Assembly: GCA_964016885.1 (NCBI GenBank)
Contig: OZ024740.1
Span: 395,002,001 to 395,066,000, forward strand
Length of the DNA: 64,000 nucleotides
DNA from: Eledone cirrhosa
Lineage: Eukaryota
Reading direction: 5' to 3'
Made by a program: the position numbers and the translations under genes. Positions 24,613 through 38,393 of the stretch are shown here, one piece after another. Below the pieces are notes generated by a model. That model was not told where the DNA came from. It made no database searches and saw nothing but the letters and a program-made list of their open reading frames with translations. Within the stretch, counting starts at the first letter, position 1. Each line of letters starts with the position of its first letter.

Positions 24613-27600
24613 TTAGAATGTTAGTATCAGTGTATATATATTATTAAGAATGACAATAAATGCAGGTGAGTGTTGTGACATGGTTTTACTTCACTGAAGT
24701 CAAATAAATTAATAGAAATAATTTTTACCACATGTTGATGGTTAGTTGGTCACAACTCCCAGACCGGAGTGTGTAGAGAAGAACAGAAATCTTCTCTTGG
24801 TAAGGTTCAAGTGGTCCTTTCGGTTGCCGGTGCAGGAAGTGAGAGAGTAATGCCTTGATGTTCTCAAATATAGTCCCCAGGGGGACGCAACTCCATTTAG
24901 TACATGGATCTGCCACTGGGTGTCGCGACCATCACAAAGGGACGCAACTCCTATACGTATCTGCCACTGGGAGTCGCGACTGTCACAAAGAGACGCAACT
25001 CCGCTACAGTACCCTCCTCCAGACGATAGGCGAAAAGCCCGAAGGTAACTGTAGCGAACCCACAAGCATGGGCTCCCAGCACAGGCATGAAATAGTAACG
25101 AAAAGGTATATGTGTACATAGTAATAGAATAAAGAGAAAAACAAAAAAGGCTCCAGTGGCCAGTTCACATGAAAACAGTTTGGCAGATTTTTTGGGGGCC
25201 AGTGGACTCTTCGACCGGAACGGGTCGTGGCCTTGTATGTAGGTGAAGGTGGGGCAGGAGGAGCAGGTGTATGCACAAGAGAGAAAGATTGGGGTATTTG
25301 TGGCTCGGGTGTATGAGCGTCATTGTATGCCCTTTTTAGTCTATCCACCGAAATTGTCTCTCTGGACCCCTTAATGTCTACAGTGAAATGTTTGTCAGTA
25401 CGTGCTAACACACGGTAGGGTCCAGAGTACGGCTGTGTGAGGGGTGGAGTAACCGCATCGTTTCTGACGAATACATGTGTCCACGAGGCAATATCCCTGC
25501 AGCGTTAATAGTTTGTTTCCTAGTATTCATGGGCGGTAAGTCCTGAAAATAGGAGCGCAAACGAGATACGTCGGAAAGAGGGTCCTGGAAAGCAAGATCA
25601 ACAGGGGCAAGCATTTACCCAAGAAACGCTAGAGGAGCACCATACAGTAATTCGGCCGGGGAGAACCCAAGGTCCTCCTTTATTGATGACCAATTTCCTA
25701 ACAACACAATAGGAAGGTACTCGCTCCAACGTTAAGAGTCTGTATAGGCGCGAAGAGCGGCCTTTAATTTGCGGTGGAATCGTTCCACCATTCCGTTCGA
25801 AGCAGGATAAGCTGTGGTCCGAATCCGTTGAGCACCAATGATCTTTGTCAGCTCAGAGAAAAGATGAGACTCAAATTGTCTACCCCGGTCTGTGGTGACT
25901 GTAGTTGGTACCCCAAAGCGGGTAATCCACCCTGATACCAGGGCACGCGCTACAGTCTCAGCAGTAATATCTTTTAAGGGGATGGCTTCAGGCCATCGCG
26001 AAAAACGATCGATACAGGTCAAGAGGTACGAATATCCACTACTGAATGGACAAGGTCCAACGATATCAATGTGGATGAGTTGAAACCGAGCATCTGGGGT
26101 ACTGAAAGTACCAAGTGGAGTCCGGACGTGTCTGTGGACTTTAGATCTCTGACACTGTGTGCAGGAACGGCACCAGACAGTAATTTCTCGCTTCATATTG
26201 GGCCAGAAAAATCTAGCCGTTATAAGATTTACTGTGGCAGAAATTCCTGGGTGAGAAATGCTGTGCAAAGCAAGGAACACAATTCGACGGTGAGTCTCAG
26301 GAACATATGGTCGTGGTGAATCCGTAGATACATCACATAGAATCTGCCTGTCGGTGGTCGACAAGGGCAGATATCTGAAGAGGCAAGTCGCAAACTCGGC
26401 AGAAAGAGTATCCAACGATTGGAGTGCAGGTTGGTCTGCAGCTAAACGACCTAAGTCGATCTCCTGGGATGACGAGATGGAGCTGATTGGCAAACGTGAC
26501 AATGCGTCTGCAGCTATGTTAAGCGAGCCAGCAATGTGCTGGATATCATTTGTAAATTGCGAAATGTAATCCAGGTGCCTTGTCTCTCTGGACGAATATC
26601 TGTCGGCTTTAGCCCTCACGCGAAGGTCAGAGGTTTGTGGTCGGTTAAAACAGTAACATTTCTCTCCTCAAGAATATGAGAGAAATGTTTCACCGACAGA
26701 TATATGGCTAATAATTTCCGCCCAAACGTGCTGTAACGCGTTTGTGCTGGTTTCAGCTTCCTTGAGAAAAATGCCAAAGGTTGTTGGTTTCCAGCATTGT
26801 ACTGCTGTAAAACTTCCCCCACAGCGGTATCAGATGCATCAACACAAAGCGAAAGCTTGGCCTCTGGTACCGGGTGGGCTAGCAAAGATGAACTAGCGAG
26901 TGCTCTCTTGGCAGTCTGGAAGTCTTTAAGCTGTCCTTGTGTCAAGGAAATATCCTCATTCTTCTCACGACGATTTTTCAAAATGTCAGTAAGGGAAGAT
27001 AGCAAATTAGCACAATGAGGAACGAAACGCCTATAGAAATTGATTAGGCCTAAGAAGTGATGCAACTGGTGAAGTGTAGTAGGCGGAGGTAACTCCTGTA
27101 TGGCTTGAACTCGCTGAGGCAGCGGCCTAATACCTTCGACGTCGATGAGGTGGCCTAAAAAATTTAGCGAAGTGGAACCGAAAACACACTTTGCGGGATT
27201 CACACGAACGCGGTAATCCTGAAGTCGCCGAAATAAGAGATGCATGTGGCCCATATGCTCTTCCGGGGAGGAACTAGCGACGAGAAGATCGTCTAAGTAT
27301 GCATAAACGAAGTCCAGACCACTAGTGACTTCGTCTATGAACCGCTGAAAAGTGCTAGCGGCGTTCCTGAGTCCGAAAGGGATGGTAAGGATCCGAAAAG
27401 AGTTGTGATCGCCGTTTTCGGAATATCCTCCTTCCTGACCGTAATTTGGTGGTAAGCTCGCACTAAATCTAGTTTTGAAAAAATCTTACACCCCTGCAAT
27501 GAAGATGCGAAATCCTGGAGATGGGGAATCCGGGACGGTCATAGCATTTAACCTCCTGTAATCCTCAGTGGATCTCCAGTCGCCGGAAGTCTTGGGCACC

Positions 27601-29494
27601 ATGTGTAACGGTGAAGCCCAAGGACTCATAGATGGGCGAATAATGCCCAGCTGCAGCATATGGTCGAACTCGGACCGTGCTGCCTTTAATTTGTCCACCG
27701 GTAAGCGGCGTGGACGCGAAAACACTGGAGCACTGGTGGTGGAAATGAAATGTTCAGTTGAGTGTGTTGGCTCAGTGACTCGAAAATTTCCATCGGTGAG
27801 CTCCGGGAAAGAACCTAACAACGAATGGTAGGCGTCTCCAGCGGCAGCGATGAAGAAAATGGGGCTGACAGTTGGGGCATTGGCTTTCCGGCCACGAATT
27901 TAAAAACCGGTGATGTCATCCACCAGGCGTTGGCCACGGACGTCCACAGTCAAAGAGAAGTTGTGGAGGAAATCCGCACTTAAGATCGGCAACCGTAAAA
28001 ATCCACTTAAAATCTGTACGAAGATTTAGGAATTTGAGAGGAAGTGAGATTTGCCCGTACGTCTTTATAGACGAGTGATTAACGGTCTGCAGAGTAACGG
28101 ATGACTCCACGGGGGTATCTTTCAGGCAATGGACCGACCAAATACTACATGAGGCTCCTGTATCCACGAGGAAACCTCTTCCCGACATAAGGTCCTTAAT
28201 GAAGAAATGGCGGTTTGGTAGCTTTATGTTGAGGTCAACTGCCCCCATCAGCCGACCTCTTTGGCGTTTCCCGCCTTATGAAACGAGCAAGGTTCCACGC
28301 AGTGGTTCGCGCTCTCGGCAAATCGCTCATGGTACCAGCATAAAGATGAAGCTGGGGATTTGGGGCGGCGTCTAAAAGAGTGAGATCTCCTGCGCGATCG
28401 CGAACAGGCACCACACCAGACCTTCATCTTCTGGACCTCCAGGTTGAGTTCCTGAATGGACTTCTGCATCGCCATAATGGCTGAGTGAGATGCCATTGTT
28501 ATACCGTAGGTAATCTGCAAAAAACAAATCGTCTCCGTTTGGAAAAATGTCTCCAACACGAGGGAAAAGGAAAACAAAATCGCTTGTTTTTCTCTGTCAA
28601 ACAACTGGACAGTAAAAAGAATGCATCCGAGACAACATGTAAAGGAGCTACTAACCGAGCGATGTCATTAACAAGGTATAGGCAGGGAATTTAAAACTAA
28701 AACTAATATGGCGGACGATTTCGCGCCCAAAACACTATTGATGGAGAAAAAAGCCGCCATCTTGTCATCCTCAAAAATTTTAGCCAGAGAAAAGAAGAGA
28801 AGAAAAGAAGAAAAAACATTCATACAATTGTTGTTTCGCTAGGAAACTAGCGGCAATATTATGTTATCTTTTTTTTTTGTGTTTGTGTGTAAATAAATGG
28901 AATGTTCGCTTTGCACATATGAGGAGTTTGATTGTTAAATGTTACAGATAAAGATGCTGAAATCAGTAAAATAGAGGCAGATCGGAATGAAGTGTGTTGT
29001 TCTGTATTAAATGTTTTTTTTCTTTCTCTTTTTTTTTTGTATATACACATGACACCGTTTCCCTTTCTTTTTTTTTTTTTAAACGTCAGGTCAACCAATT
29101 AAGAATGTTAGTATCAGTGTATATATATTATTAAGAATGACAATAAATGCAGGTGAGTGTTGTGACATGGTTTTACTTCACAGAAGTCAAATAAATCAAT
29201 AGAAATAATTTTTACATGTTGATGGTCAGTTGGTCACAACTCCCAGACCGAAGTGTGTAGAGAAGAACAGAAATCTTCTCTTGGTAAGGTTCAAGTGGTC
29301 CTTTCGGCTGCCGGTGCAGGAAGTGGGAGAGGTAATGCCTTGATGTTCTTAAATATATAGTCTCCAGGGGGACGCAACTCCATTTAGTACATGGATCTGC
29401 CACTGGGAGTCGCGACCGTCACAAAGGGACGCAACTCCTATACGTATCTGCTACTGGGAGTCGCGACTGTCACAAAGGGACGCAATCCGCCACG
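24613..29494 (-). mobile_element. Ty3/Gypsy LTR retrotransposon, near complete, decayed
   Basis: ~395-bp LTRs 24613-25008 and 29100-29494; TSD GGTAT at 24608-24612 and 29495-29499; PBS-like TGGTTGACCTGACG after the 5' LTR; PPT GGAGGAGGG before the 3' LTR; PR-RT-RH-INT order. Confidence 0.97.
25180..28500 (-). pseudogene. pol: Frameshifted Gypsy gag C-terminus and pol
   Basis: Gag knuckle CWYHERFAESANHCVEPC; protease FLVDTGAS; RT SPWASPLHMVPK, DYRRLN, AYLDD (~27290); RNase H VDASD; integrase [27 protein letters not shown]. Split over several ORFs. Confidence 0.95.
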
Positions 29495-30013
29495 GGTATT
29501 TTATTTTTGAAATCTGCGCCCCAAGGAGAAGGTTTTGGGGCACACAGAGTTTCTTAATTCCGAAAAAAAATAAAAGAAAGATAACAATAAAAAAAATAGT
29601 AATACTTTCAATCACTGTTACTGTGGCAGTGTAAGTGGACTGGCTTTTATTGTTCATCACATGCATTTTTTTCCAACGTGACTTTATTATTCCGTCCATC
29701 CATATCGTCAGCAGGGGACGTTGTTTTCGCTATGAGGTAAACTTGTCCTCACAGAGGTCATCTGATATTTATGTGAAGACACCCACGCTAAAGCACACAA
29801 ACCACTGACACGACTGCAATATACATCTCCACTGAGAAAATGTCCATAGAAACTATCTAGGGGCGATTGGCGATTCATAGAGTGGGGCCACGGGGAATAA
29901 GTAAGGGGATATGAGTCACGGGGATATGTGGTTTGACATGGAATAAAGAAGATGTCCATTTTATGGGGGGAAATTAACCGGCAGCGATGGGCTACTCTGC
30001 TAGTATATATATG

Positions 30014-30171
<158 letters not shown>

Positions 30172-30255
30172 CTTCTATAAAATAAAAAATTTTACTCTGC
30201 CATGTATTGAGTACCTTACTTACTGTGGTTATCCCCGACTCAACCCGGGACCTAC

Positions 30256-30302
<47 letters not shown>

Positions 30303-30303
<1 letters not shown>

Positions 30304-30743
30304 GATATTAATAAATGGAAACTATATTTATAAAACCATATTTATTTCATTATATATATTTCAAGGATACCAAGTTACATTATGGTATGCCTTCATCAGA
30401 CAAAATACAATATATAACAGTTTTATAAATAGACATTGACGTACCCCTTTAAAAATTGACCGTTGCTTTTGGAGGCCATCAATAGTTATGTAATAAACAA
30501 CATAAGGCAATTATTCCATTTACCAGTGGTTTCTTAAAAGCAAAATATTTAGCTTTCAATCATCAGAATGAAAAAACCCTGGTCTGTTTATTGAATTTGG
30601 ATTTTAAAAAACGTTTTTAAAATTCAAATTCAATAAACAGACCAGGATTCTTTTATTCTGATGATTGAAAGCTAAATATTTTGCTTTTAAGAAACCACTG
30701 GTAAATGGAATAATTGCCTTATGTTGTTTATTACATAACTATT
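30303..30743. mobile_element. Family A copy 2 with a fold-back at its 5' end
   Basis: 30303-30480 is homologous to the arms at 18771 and 58259. Hairpin 30481-30743 is centred on aacgtt at ~30612. Confidence 0.8.
30343..30407 (-). ncRNA. Type I hammerhead ribozyme, family A
   Basis: Minus strand tattttgt-CTGATGA-aggcatacca...tggtatcctt-GAAA-tatata-TA^-atgaaata. Confidence 0.8.
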
Positions 30744-30800
30744 AAGCTCTGTTACCTACATAGAGCACTCTTTTTTCCTGGACTTTTCCGACGGAATTAC

Positions 30801-30847
<47 letters not shown>

Positions 30848-30875
30848 TAAAATAACAGATTAAAGTTTAAGCAAA

Positions 30876-30977
<102 letters not shown>

Positions 30978-31699
30978 AGAATTGTCTCTTGACTTCGTGT
31001 AAACAATGTATACCTACTTAGATAAACAAAGCGATGACTACGTAACATATCTAAATTTAATTATTGTCTTTTGCGGAATCGTATTATATCAATGATGTTT
31101 ATATGAGTAAATTAAATGTTGTTACAAAGAATAATTTGGTACATATCTAAACAATGGCATTATTTAATCAAATACATTAAGAAAACTACATGTCAAATTA
31201 AGTGTGGAAAAGCAAACTTTTTTATATAAATTGATATAAATTGTGATAAGGTAAAATTAAAGAGGGTTGACTAAGGTAAAGTTGGTATAATATAAGTAAA
31301 TACAATAACTCAGACTATAGTCTGTAATAATTGTTGGGTATGTAAATTTACAAACTGTTCACATAGAGGAGGTTGAAGGATAACTTGTAAATAAGTTAAC
31401 TATATAATAACATTAATGAAACTTAAAAATTTGCGAGCGAATAATTTACTGTTGCGTATATTCTATGGTAGATCATGATAAAATTGAAAAGCTACAATGA
31501 TTAAAAGAGTCATTGCACATACTTCTGCTGAGTGTGAAAATGAAATTTACGTTGAAAGTGTTTTGTTTTGTTGTTATTTTTTCTTACGTGTGGGTAAAAA
31601 CTTTGTTGAAGTGTACTGCTTTATTTGAGAGGATTAAGAGTGTGTTAAACTATTTCTTGTATACAAAAATATATTCGATACAGAATGCATTAATGTTCT

Positions 31700-32700
31700 A
31701 AAGGTCTTGTGTCGGCAAGGTGAGTTAAATACTCAATGTCGACTGGTTATTTGCAAGTTTTGAGGGAATGTTATAGAAGTCTAAGGTGCACAACTCACAA
31801 AGTTTTCTTCATTATTTGTATACGATTTTACGGAGAATAGAACTGTTTATTTTAAGGGATGTTGATCGATTTTTATATTCCGAATATCGCTTGACTGCGA
31901 GGGCTTTTGTATTATGGTTTTTAAAAGTGTGTGTATATTCACAAAATCCTTGTTTTTTTTTTGTTTTGTTTTTTATTTAAATAGCCGTTAAATGCAAAAT
32001 GGCGCAATAAACTTTTTTTTTTTAATTATTCAATTTCTTTCAACTGGACAATTATATTTCACCCATAAATTTAAATAGTGTTTTCAATTTCTATAGATTC
32101 GCTCACGTTTGTGTAAAATGAGGAGTAGTGGAATGTGAAATTTATGATTTGGAAGGAATTTTGAAGTTTAGATACGAGTTTAATTCCTTGTAAGGTGGAC
32201 GGCGGATATATCATGTTGTATAATTATTTTTAAGTTTAATAGGTATAAAATAATTATTCTGGCTATATTGTATTTTTTTCTGTGTAATCACTTTTCTTAA
32301 GTGCTTAAAGATATATTTTAAACTAAATTCTTAATAAAATTATCGATGTAATTAGATAATTTGTGAATATATTGAAAAGGTATATAGCATTTTAAATTTA
32401 AGTAATAAATATCAAAATGATAATCAAATTTCAAATTTTGTAGATATCATTTTTAAAACCGCCGAATATTTGCCCTAGCATTACCCGGCATTATTGCGAT
32501 GTTATAATTTATTTTAATTAAAATCTCATTTAAAATATAAATCTCTACATAGCTTTTTCAAAACCAATCAAATTTAACTCAGCAATGCTATTTATTTGCC
32601 ATATTTTTCAGAAACGAAAATCCTTCATTTTTTCAAGTTTAGAAGCTATTAAATCGTGAGAACAATACCCTAAACCCATATACATTAAATATCCCACAAA
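31700..32700 (-). pseudogene. Highly decayed Penelope-like element ORF remnant (RT end to GIY-YIG C-terminus)
   Basis: Minus fragments T*YIRRPPYK...FLPNHKFHI and KINSSILRKIVYK**RKLCELCTL...SPCRHK resemble PLE motifs WFNPPY...HKLH and IxWxIL...CxLC...CRH. Many stops and frameshifts. Confidence 0.5.
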
Positions 32701-33397
32701 AATGCACATAAACAAATTCGCCCACATTCCACTCCATATATGTCTATACTTCATATATCACATAGAAACAATATATTGGACACAAATACAACCTTATTTA
32801 TTCTTCGGTATTTGTATCGATAATTCCAATTCATCCTTTACACCAACTTTTTTCATTTTTTGTATCCCTAATTTGTTTCTATTCGGCGGACATTCATTGG
32901 TTTATTAGTTTGAAACTCTTTACTTGGCTTCGTATGGAAGATGAAAGAGTTAAACATCCGAAGTTAGGCACAAAGCCTAGCTTAAATTTGATCTGAAAAG
33001 AAAAGGTAATATTCATGTAGGAAATCGGGAGAAAATGCAATTCGTAGGAGATCAAAGAAATGGAAAAATCATTTTGCTCAATGCGTCCAAATATTTTGAG
33101 GAGAATCATTAAATATGATGAAAGTGAAACTAGACGCAAGGAAAGGAAACCCTATATGTGTAAATAATCCTTTCAAATTATCAACTTCGATTTTATCCTC
33201 CCAAGGCTCGTCTTGTTAGCCACTCAATGTTATATGAACTAAAAAAGTTGATAATATATCATAGCCACCTGAAAGAAAATATATTTACCAGTAATGTAAC
33301 GAATAACTTCCTATCGGTGGTCTGAAAAGACAATGGGTATTATATTGATTCTGTATTGCATTTAACCGAGAAAAGAGATGTAGTAGTTATCGTAATA

Positions 33398-34665
33398 CGA
33401 GGGTCGGCTGAAACGTTCATAGGCTGGTCAAGATACTCTCATAGAATGTGACCAAATGAGGTTTAGTTTTCAACATAGTTCCCACTGTGGTCCACACACT
33501 TCTTCCACCGGTGCTGCAGTGCTTGGATGCAACTCGTGAAGAAGCTTTCATCCTGTTGGTCAAGAAAGTTATCAACAGCAATGACATCATCATCACTGCA
33601 ATACTGGTTCCACGCTAAGTATTGTTTCATGTTGGGGAAGAGATGATTATGAGATGGAATCAAATCAGGAGAAGATAATCAACCAGTTGAAAGACACAGT
33701 CATGCACAGCAGCCACTGAAGCCATGGACATGTGTGCTGGAGCATTGTCCTCGAGAAACAAGACCCCCTTTCGTCAGTTTCCCTGGGCGTTTGGACTTGA
33801 GCCTTTCGTAACTGCCTGAAAGTTGGTACAATGCTCTCCATTGATGGTGTAGCCATTTTGAAGATAATCAATATACACAATGCCTTTTACATTCCCAAAC
33901 GCTGAGGTCATCATCTTCTCTGCAGAGGAAACGATCTTGGCTTTCTTTAGAGAATATAAGAAGAGGTGTTTTCACTGCATGGATTGTCTCTTTGTCCATG
34001 GATCAAAGTGATAAACCCAACACTCATCCAGAGTTACTAAATGTTCAAGGAAACCAGCTGAATTTGCCTCAAACAATGTCAGATTTTCCCATGAAGTGAT
34101 CAGCCTGGTACGCTTTTGATCGGGAATCAGAAGACGTGGCACCCAACGAGCAGAAACCTTCGTCGCGCCAACATCCTTGTGCAGAATATTCTCAACTCTC
34201 TCACAGGATATGTTAATAGCATTGGCTATTTGAATTATAGTCAATTTCCTGTCATCCATCACACGATCAATGTTTTTCTTGGTGATGGCAGTTGCAGGAC
34301 TTCCAAGCCTTGCGTCATCTTCAAGACTATCCCTTCCTGTCCTAAATCCAGCTGCATAACCTTTGCAACCTTGATAAAGCTGAAGCGTCATCCCCTAATA
34401 TAGCAACCATGTCAGCATGAATGTCCTTGGGGGCTAAACTCTTTTTTCTGCTGGTACTGGATAATACCACGATGCCAAACTTTGTCCATTTAGTTACTTT
34501 TGTCCACTAATTACTTTTGAAGTCTTCTTTAAACAATCAGATGTCAGTTTACCTAGGAGAAAACAATGCAGTTATTAATAAGAGTTGAAATTAATACATG
34601 CGAGATTTCACAGTTCTAGCATGACTCCTTCATAGTCAGCCTATTAACCTTTCAGCCCACCCTCG
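33398..34665 (-). mobile_element. Full-length mariner transposon (1268 bp), decayed
   Basis: TA|cgagggtcggctgaaacgttcataggctg ... cagcctattaacctttcagcccaccctcg|TA: TIRs with TA TSD. Confidence 0.95.
33463..34489 (-). pseudogene. Mariner transposase pseudogene
   Basis: ATG at 34489; WVPRLL, VTLDECWVYHFDP, decayed SPD...HLFP, QALQHRWKKCVDHSGNYVEN*; frameshifted. Confidence 0.93.
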
Positions 34666-36344
34666 TACATGTAAATCATCTTCTAGGCTAAAACTTCGTT
34701 TTTCCTATAGAGATAATTGACAAACATCATACTTCTTAACAACTTCTGTGTGACACACATACACAGAGATTAAATGTATAAAGTTAGATACTATAAGTAG
34801 TTGGTAAGTATGATATAATGTAAAGTGTTCATGTGGTTGTCAAACGATATGCATAGATACGTTGTACAACTACCACCACGTTATTTCCTTTTTACTGAGA
34901 GAAATTATAAAAAGAAAGGTAATTTTTTTATTTTGTCTCTATATCTTGAATTCAAACCACGATGAGAAGAGTTAAATTTGATTTTCATTCTGTAAGTCTT
35001 CTACAAAATAATTGTTTCTATTTTTGACACAAGGCCAGCAATTATCCCAGTACATTACTGGTACTTTATTTTATCGACCCCGTAAGGCAGGATTTGAACT
35101 CAAACCGTAAAGGGACGTAACTCTATGTTGCAAAGGATGGCGTCCGACCCTCTACTGATACTGCCAATCCACCGCCCTATAGAATAATACTAGTTGTGAT
35201 CTGAGATTGGTTTCAAATATTTACATGCTAATTCCACCATAGTTTGTCAGGCAGATAATTTACATCATATTAGTTAGGCCCAAGTCAGCAATTTTAGGGA
35301 ATGGGCAACGTTGATTAAAATAACCCCAGTATTTAACCGATATTGGCAGTATTGGTAGAGAGTCGGACACCATGCTTTGACGCATAGAGTTATGGTCCTT
35401 GCCATTCTGAGTTCAAATCCCGCCGAGGTTAACTTTGCCTTTCATCCTTACGGGGTCGATAAAATAAAGTACCAGTAATGAAGTGGGTAATTGCTGGCCT
35501 TGTGCCAAAAGTAGAAACAATTATATTTTGTCAAACTAGGTATTATTTGAACTTAGAAGGCAATACAAATACCACATTACATTTTTACGGCGATATACGA
35601 ATTCTGCTAGCCCACCACTCTTTTCTGATATTAATATTGATTTAGGCATATGTGCATAAAGTAGAAACAATATTGATTTAGGCATAAGAACAACAAATTT
35701 GGGGGACGGGCAAAGTTGATTAAATCAAACCGAGTACTTCACTGGTCATTTATTCTTTCGAATTTGAAATGATTAAAAGCAAATTTGACCTTCGAATTGA
35801 ACTCAGAATGTAAAGTAACAGAACAAATACCGTAGCGGTATTTTATCCAACGCTCTATTAATTCTGCCAATCCGCCAGCCCTTTATCTGATATTAATATT
35901 AATATTACTTATTGATGAAAAGGTTTATATGACTGACATCAAAACTCGAAATCAAATAGCCTCAGTTTCCCGTCCAATCAGATCAGTGTTGACCTTTTGT
36001 CTTTCTTAAATTGATAGAAACATTACCGGCCGTATAATAAATATAAATGGGATAACTAGCCAATTTTATATGATACACAAAGCAATGTCCATCTCCTTCT
36101 TCGTGTCAAAGTCCACAGAAAGTGTTGGCAAATAAAATCTGTTATGGTTTCGCCAAAAAGGAAAAGGAAGGTAATGGAAATATAAATATATTTCAAATGC
36201 AAATGAAAAATAAAAACTCCCAATTAATTGTTTATTCAGAAATTTCGATGAGAAACACACACATACACACACACACATACTCACACACATACACACACAC
36301 GCATATGTTTCGTTTTGGCAGCATGACCCTCCCAAAGTATAACA

Positions 36345-36377
<33 letters not shown>

Positions 36378-38352
36378 TATATATACGTACACACACACAC
36401 ACATATATACACACACACACATATATATATATATATACACACACATACATATATATATATATACACACACACATATACACACACATATATACTCACACAT
36501 ACATATATACACACACACATATACACACACACATATATATACACACATACATATATATATATATGTGCGTGTGTGTATGTGTGTGTGTGTGTATGTGCGT
36601 GTGTGTATGTGTATATATATATATATATAGACACGGACATAATATACATACAAACACAAACACATACACATATAAACATTAAAAAAAACACAATTACGTT
36701 TAGATATACAGGTGCTACATACATACGATCACTTAAAATAATATATGTATATATGCACTCATATAAAACACACACAATCACTATAGATCACACATTGATA
36801 CATACACATTCCCTTCTCAGAATATCAATAATGGGAGGACTATTTAGTAAATATGAAAGACTGGAAAATAAAAAGGGAAGAAAGAAAGAAAAATGGGAGT
36901 GAAGAGAAAAAGAGATCTTTTATTGAATATGGAAATGTTATCAGGAAATGTGAAATAAAAACAAGAGAAATACATTGAAAATAATGGTGCTAAAGATTAA
37001 AGTAATTTATTATTCTGACAATCTATTATTCTGATATTGGGAAAGGTTATGTTTATATAAATTATTCTTAAGATATATGAAGTAAGTTAAAGGGAAATAG
37101 TATTCATTACAGTATGTCATTAATTCTAATCAGCTGTTCAATCTCTTACATACATACATGTGAGGAAGGGAAAGTGCAAAGAAGCTAATAAGGGAATTTC
37201 TACATGGTCATTAGTTCGGCTTGAAATAGCTACTAAAATGAATTATTGACTATTGTCTTTTGAGAAAAATGAAGATGTTTTGAATAATGTAGCCCTGTGC
37301 CTTACTATAATTATATGTGCCTTAAAAGGGACATGGTCAGTCTTAGTAATATCTTTGGTAGTAGATATACTTTACCAAAGGATGAACTAGTGCAAGACAA
37401 TAACACATACTCTGTGTATATATATCTGTGAATGTTTCATTGCGTCTGAGTGCATGTGCTTCACATAACACACGTGTGTTTTTTGTTGTTGTAACTACTC
37501 ACACCAGTGTATGTTTAGCCGGCCTTGTATGAGATAATTGTTTCTACTTTTGGCACAAGGCCAGCTATTACCCCAGTGTATTACTGGTACTTTATTTTAT
37601 CGACCCCGTAAGGATGAAAGGCAAAGTTAACCTCAGCGGGATTTGAACTCAGAATGGCAAGGGCCGTAACTCAATGCGTCAAAGCATGGCGTCCGACCTT
37701 CTACCGATACTGCCAATCCACCGGCCTTGTATGAGATAATGATCTCATAAGAGGGTTTTAGTTTCCTGTGTGTGTATATGATAGGAACTCCAGCCCTATC
37801 ATGATGAGGTGTGTATGTTTGTGTGCGTAAATAGCAACACAAAACAACAATAGAATAAGCAAAAGTACAAGGAAAACTAACCAACAAAATTGTACTTATT
37901 AAAAACTCATAATCATAAGTTTACTTTAATTTCTTATTTTTTTCTTTAAGTTGTGAATTGTTTCTAGTAATTAATTGATGTTGCCTTCATTTCAGCTGTA
38001 TGCCATTTGGGCACACTATATTTTTCTCTCTCTTTGTCAGAAATGATAAATCAGTCTATGAGGAATCTAAGTCTGTCTCAAGCCAGAAGGCTCGTTAGGC
38101 CGGTGTTTATCCCGGTTTCGTGGCATGAAGTGACTGAGAGTACGAGACTTCCCCCTGGACAAGACGCCAGTCATTCGCAGAGTTAAACATCCAGCTATGC
38201 TGATAATCATTTTCAGCTGAGTATACTGGAGCAACGTGAAATGAAGTGTTTTGCTCAAGAACACAAAACACAAGCTAACCCAGGAATTGAAACCACGGCA
38301 TTATGATTGTAAGTCCAACTCCCTTACCACCAGGCCACGTGCCTTCACTATA

Positions 38353-38393
38353 GTCTGTGATGAGGTGTTATAAAATGCTGAAACTAGTCAGAT
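38353..38393 (+). ncRNA. Minimal hammerhead motif with mutated core (C3->G)
   Basis: gtct-GTGATGA-ggtgtt-ataa-aatgct-GAAA-ctag-TC^-agat; palindromic ACTAGT. Confidence 0.55.

Larger units (their letters stand above)
24512..30003 (+). mobile_element. Non-autonomous Helitron split by the Gypsy insertion (24512-24612 plus 29495-30003)
   Basis: 5' A|TCTACTATATATATGAAAG; 3' ccggcagcgatggg-ctactctg-CTAG|T (decayed hairpin). The halves rejoin across the GGTAT duplication. Confidence 0.6.

Noticed and set aside
24880-25000. ~50-bp periodic repeats resembling a CRISPR array
   Set aside because: LTR subrepeats without unique spacers, in eukaryotic DNA.
25892-27831. Plus-strand ORFs over Gypsy pol (also those over the LINEs at 48-51 kb and 57 kb)
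   Set aside because: Antisense shadows of the transposon reading frames.
30655-30700. ctgatga-tt-gaaa
   Set aside because: No room for stem II and stem I does not pair.
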